Assembly (NCBI GenBank): GCA_020725175.1
Contig: DYFM01000002.1
Span: 36,880-100,879, forward strand
Length of the DNA: 64,000 nucleotides
Source: Candidatus Paceibacter sp.
GTDB taxonomy: Bacteria; Patescibacteriota; Patescibacteriia; Magasanikbacterales; UBA922
Reading direction: 5' to 3'
Part shown: positions 38,788-48,739 of the stretch, piece by piece
Position numbering within the stretch: the stretch's first letter is position 1
How the letters are laid out: every line of letters starts with the position of its first letter
The notes under the pieces: model-generated
Databases searched by the model: none
What the model saw: only the letters and a program-made list of their open reading frames with translations
What the model was told of the DNA's origin: nothing
Made by a program: the position numbers and the translations under genes

Positions 38788-40161
38788 ATGTATAAAAACA
38801 TCATCGTACTAACCATCCTTTTTACTTCTGTTTTTCTCTTTGGTTTCGGTTGCAAAGGTCTTTCCAAAGAGCAACAGCAACTCATCAAACCAGTCACGCT
38901 CAATTACTGGACGGTATTTAATGATGTCAAAGAATTGCAGCGTATGGCCGATGAGTACAAACTTCGTCGTCCTTACGTTACTGTAAAGGTCCGACAAGTT
39001 CGCTATGAAGAATTTGATCAACTCTTTACCAATGCGCTCGCTGACGATGTGGGGCCGGATATTGTGTCTATGAATGTTCGTTGGATTGGCGAGCATGAGC
39101 AGCGCCTCATGCCAATGCCGGCGTCAGTCACTGTTGCCAATGTGCAAACCAAGGGAACCTATATCCAAGAAACACTCGTTACACCGGAAACAGTTGCCAT
39201 GCCAACACTTCGGGCCATTCAGGAAAAGTTTGTGAGTACAGTGGCGGAAGATATTGTTATTGGAAAAAACATGTATGGCCTACCATTGGCGCTTGATACC
39301 ATGGCTCTTTATTACAACAAAGATCTCCTCGATCAGGCCGGAGTGCCGGAAGCACCAAAAACCTGGAGCGACTTTCTTGATGCGGTAAAAAAGTCAACCA
39401 AGTTTGATGCCAGTGGAAACATTGTGCAGTCTGGAGTGGCAATGGGGACCGGGAATAATATCGATAATGCCGGTGATCTAGTCGCTTTACTTATGATGCA
39501 AAATGGACGAGATATGACCGAAGGAAAGAGTGTGATTTTTGCTTCCGGTATTGGAAACGCTGCTACAAACCATCCGGCTATGCAGGCGGCGAGTTTTTAT
39601 ACCAGTTTTGCTCGCCCTACATTAGAGTCTTATTCGTGGAATGAAACGCAGGAAAATGCTTTGACATCCTTTACGAGAGGAAAAAGTGTTTTCTACTTTG
39701 GATTTGCTTATGATTTACCACGTATCCAAGCTCAGGCTCCACAGATGAACCTGGAAATTGTTTCTGTCCCGCAGCTTCGTTCTGATGCGCCCAAAAATGT
39801 TGCCAACTACTGGATTGAATCAGTAGTCAAGAAATCGAAGAATCCAAATGAAGCATGGGATTTTATTCGCTTCATGGTAAGTTCACAAAATATTGCCGCG
39901 TATACCAAGGCAACAAATCGTCCTACACCACTGCGAGAACAAATTGCGGCTCAACGAGAAGATGTCCGATTAGCACCGTTTGTTGATAGTGTATTAGTAG
40001 CAAAAAATTGGTACCGTGGAAAAGATTATGAACCGGCAAACCAAGCAATTCGCTCTATGGTAGATAATCTGTTAAAACCAGTGCCGGAAAATCAGGATGA
40101 AGCAAGGGCACACGCCACCATAATCAATAACGCCGCACGAGTAGTGCAGCAGACGATGTAG
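38788..40161 (+). CDS. Extracellular solute-binding lipoprotein (family 1-like)
   Basis: GFGC lipobox, GPDI, YGLP..D..ALYYNKDL, P.TW.DF, AWDF. Confidence 0.88.
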   Translation: MYKNIIVLTILFTSVFLFGFGCKGLSKEQQQLIKPVTLNYWTVFNDVKELQRMADEYKLRRPYVTVKVRQVRYEEFDQLFTNALADDVGPDIVSMNVRWIGEHEQRLMPMPASVTVANVQTKGTYIQETLVTPETVAMPTLRAIQEKFVSTVAEDIVIGKNMYGLPLALDTMALYYNKDLLDQAGVPEAPKTWSDFLDAVKKSTKFDASGNIVQSGVAMGTGNNIDNAGDLVALLMMQNGRDMTEGKSVIFASGIGNAATNHPAMQAASFYTSFARPTLESYSWNETQENALTSFTRGKSVFYFGFAYDLPRIQAQAPQMNLEIVSVPQLRSDAPKNVANYWIESVVKKSKNPNEAWDFIRFMVSSQNIAAYTKATNRPTPLREQIAAQREDVRLAPFVDSVLVAKNWYRGKDYEPANQAIRSMVDNLLKPVPENQDEARAHATIINNAARVVQQTM

Positions 40162-40163
40162 GT

Positions 40164-41372
40164 ATGAAAAAATTTTTTTTCTTAATATTGTTTACTGTTT
40201 TTTCTTTTCTACCATTATATGTGGCAGATGTTCTGGCTGCAAAGTGTTCGTGTAACCTTCAGTTTTCTTCAAAAAGTTCGGATCCTAATATAGTACCTTG
40301 TACGTTGAATAAAACGAAAGAATTTCCATTGTGCTCATCAGTTAATTTGAGCGGTTTGGCGAACGACCTTGATACGTGTGAGGTTGGGAAAGTCATTTTT
40401 GGTGCCGAAGCTGAAATACTACCCTCTACAATTCAGGTAAACGATTCAGGTTGTGCGGCAATGAGTAAGTCAGGAGGTGATAAGATAAACATTCCGATAT
40501 ATGGAGAAATAAACTATACTTATGATTTTAAGTGTCAGGTGATTGGTCAGCCTGTTGATAATGAAAAAGTTTGTCCAGTCAAAGCACCATCAAATGTAAA
40601 CTGTCCTAAACTCACAGAATCCCTTAACTGCGACAAACCAGAAAATCTCCAAAAATGTCAAGACACTTGTAACAACCAAAGTGAAAATCAGTGCATCTGG
40701 AACACTGCCAATAATTCATGTGTAAAAAAAGTCTTAGGCGCTGGTGGTGTGAGTCAACAAGACGCTGCAAAAATGTATCAAGATAAATTTTATGGGAAAC
40801 CAGAAGGTTATAACGGCTTCCTCCCTGATTGTGCCTTCACTGGTGACTGCGATGATGTGAACGATTTACTACAACTCGCCATAGGAATTGGTGAATGGAT
40901 ATTCAAAATTTCCGGTTCAGTCGCTTTCCTGATGTTTGTCTATGGTGGATTTATGATGGTGCTTTCTACCGGGAACTCTGAGCGAGTGAAAAAGGGGAGA
41001 GATATACTGGCGGCCGCGGTAGTTGGTTTGATTATAATATTCGGTGCCTATATGATTGTGGGATTTGTTTTGAATACTCTTGGGGTAACGGAATTTTATG
41101 ACTTTCGAGCTGCGCCAACTGAAGGTGGGGGGAGTTCTGTCTCTGAAACAACAAAATCTACTCAAAACAAAGAAGAGGCTAATAAAGATGAAGAACAACA
41201 AGCAGGATTTTGCGTAACCATAAAGGGTGGTGCGGCAGCTTGCATCCCAATAAATGGAGCTAACTGTGGCGATTATATTGGAGAAGATTCTAAACCTGGT
41301 GGTAGTATTATAACGGAAAAACCAACATGTGATGCGTTGGCTAACGAATTAAACACTCCCGCTTCACCATGA
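40164..41372 (+). CDS. Cys-rich protein with TrbC/VirB2-like pilin domain
   Basis: YGGF.MVLS.GN.ERV.KG...L.AAVVGL.IIF.AY. Confidence 0.8.
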   Translation: MKKFFFLILFTVFSFLPLYVADVLAAKCSCNLQFSSKSSDPNIVPCTLNKTKEFPLCSSVNLSGLANDLDTCEVGKVIFGAEAEILPSTIQVNDSGCAAMSKSGGDKINIPIYGEINYTYDFKCQVIGQPVDNEKVCPVKAPSNVNCPKLTESLNCDKPENLQKCQDTCNNQSENQCIWNTANNSCVKKVLGAGGVSQQDAAKMYQDKFYGKPEGYNGFLPDCAFTGDCDDVNDLLQLAIGIGEWIFKISGSVAFLMFVYGGFMMVLSTGNSERVKKGRDILAAAVVGLIIIFGAYMIVGFVLNTLGVTEFYDFRAAPTEGGGSSVSETTKSTQNKEEANKDEEQQAGFCVTIKGGAAACIPINGANCGDYIGEDSKPGGSIITEKPTCDALANELNTPASP

Positions 41373-41971
41373 GAGTAACTATAAATATGATTAAATCTAA
41401 AGTCAAAGGTTTTTTCTTAATCAACATTTTTACACTGGGATGGTTGTTTTTCCCAACTGGCTTAGTATTATCATCTAACGGTGAGAAGTGCTTTTGTCTT
41501 GATATTAGTACTGATAAATTTGAAGAGGTTACTACAATTGCTTCTCAAGAAAATTGTACAGATGTTGAGGCGGAAAAAGTAAAGCCTACATATAGTCTTT
41601 GTACGTGGGAGTTACCAGAAAAACCAGTTCCTGAAAAAACGACAAGTGAAGTGTCAGCTGATAAAAGCAAAAATTCAACTAATGGAGGTGGTGAATGTGG
41701 CATCGACAAAGTCTGCCTCACCAACCCTCTCAAAGACGGCACAGACATCCCGACCCTTATTGGAAATATTATCAAGCGTGTGTTAGGAATTCTCGGTTCA
41801 ATCACCTTAGCAGTATTTGTTTACGGAGGATTCCTCTGGCTCACGAGTGCGGGTAATGCAGAAAAAGTCAAGAAAGGAACCGAAACAATGGCCTGGGCAG
41901 CAATTGGGGTCTTTATCATTTTTAGCGCGTATGCTATACTAAGTACGATTATAAAAGGGATTACTGGATGA
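41369..41971 (+). CDS. TrbC/VirB2-like pilin
   Basis: LTNPL, YGGFLWLTSAGN.EKVKKG...WA.IG. Confidence 0.85.
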   Translation: MRVTINMIKSKVKGFFLINIFTLGWLFFPTGLVLSSNGEKCFCLDISTDKFEEVTTIASQENCTDVEAEKVKPTYSLCTWELPEKPVPEKTTSEVSADKSKNSTNGGGECGIDKVCLTNPLKDGTDIPTLIGNIIKRVLGILGSITLAVFVYGGFLWLTSAGNAEKVKKGTETMAWAAIGVFIIFSAYAILSTIIKGITG

Positions 41972-41978
41972 TAATTGG

Positions 41979-42726
41979 ATGTGCGAACTTACGAACAGTA
42001 AGTACGAACATACGAACTACGAACAATTGAATCCGCCCACGGCCCCAGGCGTGCACAGCAAGGCGGACGAGGGTTTTATTCTCTCCCGATTTGATCGAGA
42101 AAAACTACCTATAGCGATACCCTGTCAGCTTCCACCCCGGGCGGACACGTGCTGCGGGGACATTCGTTTGTAAACTGCGAAGAGTTAGGTCTAATAAGTT
42201 TAAAAATATGCGCGGAGGGCAGACAATTGTACGAAATGATAAAATTTTGTATCCGGAACTAAGTTATCAAATAAATGGAGTTTTAATGGATGTGGCGAAG
42301 ACGCTTGGTGGCGGTCATAAGGAAAATTATTACGGAAATGCTTGTGCTGTAGGATTTACGAAAAGACAGATATCATTTCAAAGAGAAGTGTATGTGCCAC
42401 TCACATATGAAGATGAAAAAGTAGGAAAATATTTTGTGGATTTTCTCATCGAAAATAAAATAATCCTGGAGCTAAAACGTGGTCAATTTATATCAAGTTC
42501 AGTAATAGAACAGACAAAACAGTACTTGGTTGCAAAAAATCTAAAATTGGGAATAATTGGCTGTTTTACTTACAATGGGGTAGTTATCAAAAGAGTAGTA
42601 AACGAGTATTAAATATGTACGAACAATACGAATGATAAGTACGAACATACGAACTGCGAACAAAGCAACTTTTCTCGCCAGTTCGTAGTTCGTATGTTCG
42701 TACTTACAGTTCGTACGTTCGGACAT
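41979..42726. mobile_element. GxxExxY cassette bounded by 46-nt terminal inverted repeats of TACGAAC units
   Basis: 41979-42024 versus reverse complement of 42681-42726: 43/46 identical. Confidence 0.65.
42208..42612 (+). CDS. GxxExxY protein (PD-(D/E)XK-like)
   Basis: LG.GHKENYY, DFLIENKIILELK, Q...YL. Confidence 0.9.
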   Translation: MRGGQTIVRNDKILYPELSYQINGVLMDVAKTLGGGHKENYYGNACAVGFTKRQISFQREVYVPLTYEDEKVGKYFVDFLIENKIILELKRGQFISSSVIEQTKQYLVAKNLKLGIIGCFTYNGVVIKRVVNEY

Positions 42727-42788
42727 TAACAAATAACCAGAACCACAAATATGAGTAATGATCTTCCATCGAAAGGAGGTGAGAGAAC

Positions 42789-43223
42789 ATGAGTAAAATG
42801 TATATGTTGGCGGCAAAGTACAAAGCTTTTTTTGCGGTGTTTTTTGCGCTCGGAATGGCATTTGTCCTTTCACCGGTAGCTTTTGCACAAACAAATGAGT
42901 ATTTGTCTACCGAATGTGGAGCTAATGATCCTTTTTGTATCGAGGGTGCAAGAGTAGAAAAGCTTGGCGATGAACCATTATTAGATACTATTACTAGTAT
43001 TATCAACGTTGCGTTGAGTCTATTGGGTATCGTTGCGGTGGTAATTATCTTGATTGGTGGTTTCAAATGGATGACAGCTGGTGGTAGTGAAGATAAGGTG
43101 GCCGATGCGAGAAAGTTAATTTTCTCTGGTATTATCGGTATTGCTATCATTTTGTCGGCGTGGGCAATTGCAAATTTTGTTTTGAGTGCCTTGGTAGATG
43201 CTACAGGTGCAGGTGTAGAATAA
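42789..43223 (+). CDS. TrbC/VirB2-like pilin, probable major subunit
   Basis: GGFKWMTAGG.EDKV..A; strong SD AAAGGAGGTGA. Confidence 0.85.
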   Translation: MSKMYMLAAKYKAFFAVFFALGMAFVLSPVAFAQTNEYLSTECGANDPFCIEGARVEKLGDEPLLDTITSIINVALSLLGIVAVVIILIGGFKWMTAGGSEDKVADARKLIFSGIIGIAIILSAWAIANFVLSALVDATGAGVE

Positions 43224-43344
43224 CAGATGGAAAACAAAACCGGTTTTATTTTACCATCCGGATTCATGCGGAGCACTCGTTGCTCCGCAGTTGTAAGTGG
43301 TTCATTCCTATGAAACATTTACAACTGTTTCTAACCTCTTTTAT

Positions 43345-43740
43345 ATGAAAAAACGCCTCCTGTCATTTGTTTTCAGCCTTCTGATCATGTTTGGGGTACT
43401 GTCAATATCTACTTCTGTATCAGCCCTGGCACCAAATCAACCGGACACACTTGGACTTTCCTATGGCGCAGAAACGGGGTTGAGCGGACAAGATGTTCGT
43501 ATTACTGTAGCTAGAATCATTAGTGTGGCATTAGGATTGCTTGGTATTTTGACTGTCTTACTTATTTTGTACGCCGGATTTATGTGGATGACTGCGGCCG
43601 GGGAAGAGGATAAGATAAAAAAAGCCAAAGGCATACTTACAGCCGCCATTGTCGGGTTGGCAATTATTTTAAGTGCTTACGCTATTACCAGATTTGTCAT
43701 TGAAAGTTTGATGGATGCTACTGGGGTGTATCCGTATTAG
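43345..43740 (+). CDS. TrbC/VirB2-like pilin
   Basis: YAGFMWMTAAGEEDKIKKAK. Confidence 0.85.
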   Translation: MKKRLLSFVFSLLIMFGVLSISTSVSALAPNQPDTLGLSYGAETGLSGQDVRITVARIISVALGLLGILTVLLILYAGFMWMTAAGEEDKIKKAKGILTAAIVGLAIILSAYAITRFVIESLMDATGVYPY

Positions 43741-43752
43741 CTATTGTTGTTG

Positions 43753-43836
43753 TAAGCAGAGTAGGCAGAGTAAGCAGAGTAGGCTTTTGCATTATTGAGC
43801 TTAATATGCGTAATCTGCTTACTCTGCCTACTCTGC
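43753..43836. repeat. Palindrome of (GCAGAGTAR) units
   Basis: GCAGAGTAGGCAGAGTAAGCAGA ... TCTGCTTACTCTGCCTACTCTGC. Confidence 0.85.
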
Positions 43837-43877
43837 AAAAAAACTCAGTAAATCACATTATATACTAACTTTCTTTT

Positions 43878-44633
43878 ATGAAACAGTGGAAGTTTCTCAT
43901 ATTCGGCATGGCATTCTCACTCATGTTTGTAATTGGTTCAGGAATTGTGCTTGCTGATAAGTATGGACTTGATGCCACCGCAAAAGCTGCTGATCTGAAT
44001 ACTACAGATAATTTACCTACTATTGTTGGTAATATCATCGGTACCGCCCTCTCCATTGTTTCTGTGGTATTTTTTATTCTCATGATTTTTGCCGGATTTT
44101 TGTGGATGACGGCACATGGTAAAGAGGATCAAGAGAAAAAAGCCCGGGACACTATTTTTGCGGCCATTATTGGTATTATCATCATCTTGGCTGCGTACGC
44201 GATTACGAATTTGGTATTTAGTTCGGTGAAGGCGGGTTCGGGGGGTGGTGGAGGTGGTGGGAGTGCTACTCCAACACAGACAGCTTCAGGTAATCAAACA
44301 AAAAAAACAGATGATGCCTGTTTAGATTTAAATGGTGAGTGTCAGTTTAACGCAACAAAAGGTGGAAATTGTACAATAGGCTCAATCTCTGGAAAATACC
44401 AAGAGGATAAATGTTTAAGTAACTCTTCAAAAACATATTTATGTTGCGTACCTACAAAACCGATTGGATATTGTATTAAAAATGATAAAATCTGCGTAGC
44501 TAATGATAGCGATGGAGAGAATTGCACAGACGATATGAGAGGGGTAAATGGAGAATACGGTGGAATAAAATTTGCTACTGAAAAAGAGTGTGATGTGTAT
44601 TATGAGACTTACTTGGAACAACAACTTAATTAA
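43878..44633 (+). CDS. TrbC/VirB2-like pilin with Gly linker and Cys-rich C-terminal domain
   Basis: FAGFLWMTAHG; GSGGGGGGGS; multiple Cys. Confidence 0.85.
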   Translation: MKQWKFLIFGMAFSLMFVIGSGIVLADKYGLDATAKAADLNTTDNLPTIVGNIIGTALSIVSVVFFILMIFAGFLWMTAHGKEDQEKKARDTIFAAIIGIIIILAAYAITNLVFSSVKAGSGGGGGGGSATPTQTASGNQTKKTDDACLDLNGECQFNATKGGNCTIGSISGKYQEDKCLSNSSKTYLCCVPTKPIGYCIKNDKICVANDSDGENCTDDMRGVNGEYGGIKFATEKECDVYYETYLEQQLN

Positions 44634-44683
44634 AAGAATCTTCATGTTGAAAGAGTACTGGGGTTATGTTAGGAATAAATATT

Positions 44684-45343
44684 ATGAAAATAATTGTAAA
44701 AATTTTCATTTCAGTGTGTTTATTTTCAATAGGTTTGGTAATATTAACGCCAACTACTTTTGCCAAACAAACAATCTCCCAAGCCCAAAGCAATCTCGAT
44801 ACCGTCGTTGATCAAACCGGGATCGTTTCTGAGGACACAAAGAATGTACCGGCAGTTGTAGGAACAATTGTGAGTATGGCGCTCAGTGTGGTCGCGGTGG
44901 TATTCTTTGCTCTCATGGTCTATGCCGGAATCAAGTGGCTGGTATCGCGTGGTGATGAGGAGCAGATCAAAAAAGCGCGGAGTACGATTATAGGTGCAAC
45001 GATTGGATTGGTTGTGATCATTAGTGCGTATGCATTTACGCAGTTTGTGCAGGAGCGGATCATAGAAGGACAAGGTCAAGGACAACCAATCGCAAGTCAG
45101 AACCAAATAGAAATTGGTTCAGATGCCGGTGGTGGTGTGGTGGGATGTTGTGTGGACACTGTAGGAGCGGCCGGTACTCTATGGAGTATTCCAAAATCAG
45201 CATGTCGTATTACTACATCCAAAGACTGTGAAACACGGGGCTTAACATGTGAAACAGGAGATAATTTTTGTACCAATGAAGATTGGGAGTTTGATGAATC
45301 TATCACAGATATTGCTTCGTGTATAGACAAGTATTGTGACTAA
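44684..45343 (+). CDS. TrbC/VirB2-like pilin with Cys-rich tail
   Basis: YAGIKWLVSRGDEEQIKKAR. Confidence 0.85.
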   Translation: MKIIVKIFISVCLFSIGLVILTPTTFAKQTISQAQSNLDTVVDQTGIVSEDTKNVPAVVGTIVSMALSVVAVVFFALMVYAGIKWLVSRGDEEQIKKARSTIIGATIGLVVIISAYAFTQFVQERIIEGQGQGQPIASQNQIEIGSDAGGGVVGCCVDTVGAAGTLWSIPKSACRITTSKDCETRGLTCETGDNFCTNEDWEFDESITDIASCIDKYCD

Positions 45344-45355
45344 CAACTTACTTTT

Positions 45356-45733
45356 ATGAAAAAAAATTTTTTACTAAGTATAGTTTTCTTACTTCTTTTA
45401 CCAGCTGTGGTATTTGCCCAAGGAGATTTTTCAAATGCAAGAGGTAACCTAGAAGATGTCGGTGCAAAAGTGGGAGGTACAATGCAAACTGATCTCGGTG
45501 CGGCTATCGGTACAGCTATCAGCGCGGTCTTGGGTTTGGTAGGTCTTATTTTCTTTGTCCTGATGGTCTATGCCGGATATCTCTGGATGACGGCGCGAGG
45601 AGAAAGTGAGCCAGTTGATAAGGCAAAGAAAATCATTACCGCTTCAATCATTGGACTCGTCATTGTGGCGAGTGCGTATGCGATTACGGTACTGCTTACC
45701 GGTACCTTTGATCAAAGCATTGGCGGGCAGTAG
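45356..45733 (+). CDS. TrbC/VirB2-like pilin
   Basis: YAGYLWMTARGE. Confidence 0.85.
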   Translation: MKKNFLLSIVFLLLLPAVVFAQGDFSNARGNLEDVGAKVGGTMQTDLGAAIGTAISAVLGLVGLIFFVLMVYAGYLWMTARGESEPVDKAKKIITASIIGLVIVASAYAITVLLTGTFDQSIGGQ

Positions 45734-45759
45734 TCATGTTTCGTAAAGTGTTAGAAACG

Positions 45760-45843
45760 AAATAGACAGTGGATAAAACGAATCAAACGAATAAAAACGG
45801 ATCCGTTATCATCTGTTCCATCCGTCCAATCCGCGGTCCATTT
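45760..45843. repeat. Family A intergenic palindrome
   Basis: AAATAGACAGTGGAT ... ATCCGCGGTCCATTT. Confidence 0.8.
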
Positions 45844-45899
45844 ACTCCTCAATAGCACAAATACAAAGAAATCAGTTCGTATTTATCCTAAAATATCGT

Positions 45900-46289
45900 A
45901 TGAAATTTCGAATCGGTTTTCAAAAAACACTCATAGTTGTTTTTCTCTCACTACTATTTATCAGTCCGGTATCAGCGGTTGAGCTTGGTGGGGGTCTGTT
46001 GAAAAATGCTCAGGAGGCATCTGGATACGAAGTAGCAACCCGCCTAACATTTGCCGAACGCCTGGGTCAAGTCGTACAAGTTGCCTTATCATTTGTTGGA
46101 ATTATTTTTCTCGCCCTTACTGTCTATGCCGGCTTTCTCTGGATGACGGCGCGTGGTGAATCGGATAAAATTGATAAAGCCAAAGAGATCTTAAAAGCGT
46201 CTATTATTGGTTTGGTTATTACTCTTGGTGCGTATAGTATCGCGGCCTTTATTGTTCCGGCCATTATGGCGGTCCAAGGAACTCCATAA
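45900..46289 (+). CDS. TrbC/VirB2-like pilin
   Basis: YAGFLWMTARGESDKIDKAK. Confidence 0.85.
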   Translation: MKFRIGFQKTLIVVFLSLLFISPVSAVELGGGLLKNAQEASGYEVATRLTFAERLGQVVQVALSFVGIIFLALTVYAGFLWMTARGESDKIDKAKEILKASIIGLVITLGAYSIAAFIVPAIMAVQGTP

Positions 46290-46296
46290 GCAAACT

Positions 46297-46701
46297 ATGA
46301 AGTTTATTATTGCCATTTTATTTGTTCTAGCACTTCTTCTCCTTGGAATACCTGACAATGTTGTCCTAGCACAAGATGCTCCTTCATACATGGAGCAACT
46401 TCAGGCAGGGGGGACCGGAGCCGGGATAGAAAATACGGAGACACCGATAGATCCGAGGTCGTTTATAGCCTACATTATTCAAATCGCTTTAAGTTTTGTG
46501 GGTATTATTTTTACCGGACTGACGGTGTATGGCGGATATCTCAGAGTGACAGCACATGGAGAAAATGAACGAATTGAAAAATCCACCAAAGTGATTACCG
46601 CGGCTGTTATTGGTCTGGCTATCACACTTCTCGCGCTGGGAATTACTGTAGCGGTAAGTACAATCGTTGGGACCGCTGCCAATCCGGCCTTTACCTATTA
46701 A
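46297..46701 (+). CDS. TrbC/VirB2-like pilin
   Basis: YGGYLRVTAHGE.ERIEK. Confidence 0.8.
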   Translation: MKFIIAILFVLALLLLGIPDNVVLAQDAPSYMEQLQAGGTGAGIENTETPIDPRSFIAYIIQIALSFVGIIFTGLTVYGGYLRVTAHGENERIEKSTKVITAAVIGLAITLLALGITVAVSTIVGTAANPAFTY

Positions 46702-46702
46702 T

Positions 46703-47296
46703 ATGTTTTCATTGCGACACGCATTTGCGACAACTTGTTTTCTCATTTCACTGCTTGTACTCCCTGTTGGCTCAGTTTTAGCTACTTCGCCACTTCCAGA
46801 CTTAGGTGATGGACCGAGCCAAACTACTCAGCAAGAACAAGCACAAGCGGAAAAAACCGCCACACAAGCCGAACAAGAGCAGTTTCAGGCCTTTGTTGGA
46901 AACAAGGGAGCGAATCTTGGTGGGTATGTAGATGATCCAAGAAGGGTGGCTGCGCGTGTAATTAGTTATGCGTTGGGACTGCTCGGTATGCTATTTTTGT
47001 CGTACACCATTTATGGTGGAGTGGTCTGGATGACCAGTGCCGGAGAAGAGGAGAAAATCAAAAAAGGGAAAAGTATTATTGTAAATGGAGTCATTGGGGT
47101 GGCAATTATCTTGAGTGCGTATGCCATTACCGGCACAGTCGCAAGAATTCTTCAGGGTCAGCAGGAAGTGCCGGAAGGGCAACCCTGTGTTATGCCGGAT
47201 TCAAGTGATTTTACCAACAAAGATCCGCTCCATGAAGATGTGAATAGTTGGTGGTATCCGGAAGGACTTCCTCCGTGTAACGTATTGCCGGAATAA
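46703..47296 (+). CDS. TrbC/VirB2-like pilin
   Basis: YGGVVWMTSAGEEEKIKKGK. Confidence 0.85.
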   Translation: MFSLRHAFATTCFLISLLVLPVGSVLATSPLPDLGDGPSQTTQQEQAQAEKTATQAEQEQFQAFVGNKGANLGGYVDDPRRVAARVISYALGLLGMLFLSYTIYGGVVWMTSAGEEEKIKKGKSIIVNGVIGVAIILSAYAITGTVARILQGQQEVPEGQPCVMPDSSDFTNKDPLHEDVNSWWYPEGLPPCNVLPE

Positions 47297-47302
47297 TAAC
47301 AC

Positions 47303-47332
47303 AAACACCGTACGAGTTACGGTGTTTTTTTT
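47303..47332 (+). terminator. Terminator at end of pilin array
   Basis: AAACACCGTA-loop-TACGGTGTTT followed by T run. Confidence 0.8.
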
Positions 47333-48426
47333 AGTTCTTTTTCTACGTGTTTTAGAATGGTTTCGGCAGCCGGTTTTGGTCTATACTGCACAGTTCGTGG
47401 ATGCTTGAGTTGTTCTTCTGTATAAAACAGGAGGTCTTCGTAGGTAGTGGCCACACTTCCGGCCTGGTGGTCGAGGAGAAAAGTGGCATTCACTTCCTCT
47501 TGACCCGGAATCGGCATGGCGGCAATAAGCCATTTTTTTAGTGTCATACATTCGGTAGTGGTCAGGCCACCCGGTTTTGAAACGATTACGTCGGCCATGC
47601 GCATGTATTGATCCATCTGGTCAGTCCAACCAAGAGCAGTGAGGGAGATATGTTCCGGCATGGGGATGGTTGCTAGTTTTGTTTGCAGTTCAAAATTGTT
47701 TCCGGCAATAGCAATAATTTGACAAGGAGTTTCCAGATCACGAAGAATTGTTACGATATCGATGGTTCTTCCAATGCCTTGCCCACCGCTCAATACCAGT
47801 ACCAAGGGTTTACTTTGAGGGATGTTTTGTTGTTTTTTTAGTGCCGAAACATTATTTTTTGTAAAAAAAACCGGATCTATCGGAATGCCACTTTTGACAA
47901 TGTTTCGATACGGAATTCCTTTCTTTTTTAGTTTCCAAACAATTTTTTCCGAAGCGACAAAATACGTGTGTGTTCCTTCGGTAATCCAGTATTCATGAAC
48001 ATCATAGTCTGTTACCACTGTTGAAACCGGTGCGGTCGGTGGAGTTTTTCTAGCAAAGAGTAGTTTTGTACTCAAAAAATGCGTGTTTATAATGTAGTCA
48101 GGCTGTAGTTCATCAATAAAACGGTAGAGTTTCCCTGCGTTAATATTAGCGCCGAGCTGGGTTACCATTTCCAAGAGTTCTTGTCCGGCATCATCATTGG
48201 TGTGTTCGTATAAAAAACGCCACAGAGAAGGAATTTTACTGGCCGCAAAGAGGTAACTTTTCAAAATAATTGCTTTGGTAGTGGTTGGTAGATAATCTGC
48301 CAGATCGATATGAACCGTAGTAACACCTGGAAAATGTATTTCAGCGGTTTTTCTGATTGCCTCAGCCGCGCGAACGTGTCCGGAGCCGGCTGAAAAAGAA
48401 ATAATGAGGAGTTTTTTCTTTGGCAT
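47317..48426 (-). CDS. MGDG synthase/UgtP-like glycosyltransferase (GT28)
   Basis: GSGHVRAA, VTDY..H..W, GIPI, KPGGLT..E, PGQE..N. Confidence 0.9.
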   Translation of the reverse strand: MPKKKLLIISFSAGSGHVRAAEAIRKTAEIHFPGVTTVHIDLADYLPTTTKAIILKSYLFAASKIPSLWRFLYEHTNDDAGQELLEMVTQLGANINAGKLYRFIDELQPDYIINTHFLSTKLLFARKTPPTAPVSTVVTDYDVHEYWITEGTHTYFVASEKIVWKLKKKGIPYRNIVKSGIPIDPVFFTKNNVSALKKQQNIPQSKPLVLVLSGGQGIGRTIDIVTILRDLETPCQIIAIAGNNFELQTKLATIPMPEHISLTALGWTDQMDQYMRMADVIVSKPGGLTTTECMTLKKWLIAAMPIPGQEEVNATFLLDHQAGSVATTYEDLLFYTEEQLKHPRTVQYRPKPAAETILKHVEKELKKTP

Positions 48427-48517
48427 AGGGAAATAATTTCTGCCTACAGTATACGGTATTTTGTTAAAAAAAGAAAGAAAACAAGCTCTGTTTTCTTTCT
48501 CACGAAATCCATACCGG

Positions 48518-48590
48518 GGTGGCCAACGGGAATTGAACCCGTACTCTCGGTACCACAAACCGATGTGATAACCATTTCACCATGGCCACC
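48518..48590 (-). tRNA. tRNA-His(GTG)
   Basis: G-1, GTGGCCA/TGGCCAC stem, loop TTGTGGT, C73. Confidence 0.93.
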
Positions 48591-48644
48591 CCGCTAGGGA
48601 CTTCGGGGCATAGTATAACAAAATGATTGAGTTTGTCAATATAA

Positions 48645-48734
48645 AACGAAATAGCGAAATATCGAAATAAGGAAATAGATCAAGTGTGGTGGAGCTATTT
48701 CAATATTTCGATATTTCGCTATTTCTTTATTTCG
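48645..48734. repeat. Palindrome of (CGAAATAN) units
   Basis: CGAAATAGCGAAATATCGAAATA ... TATTTCGATATTTCGCTATTTC; half copies near 6511, 13131, 23462. Confidence 0.85.
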
Positions 48735-48739
48735 GTCAA

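Noticed and set aside
42704-43318. 204-aa minus-strand ORF and similar short antisense ORFs in the track
   Set aside because: They fully overlap well-supported genes on the opposite strand and show no family signatures.
36505-47296. Conjugative element or ICE
   Set aside because: No relaxase, coupling protein, VirB4 or att boundaries; the array is embedded among housekeeping genes.
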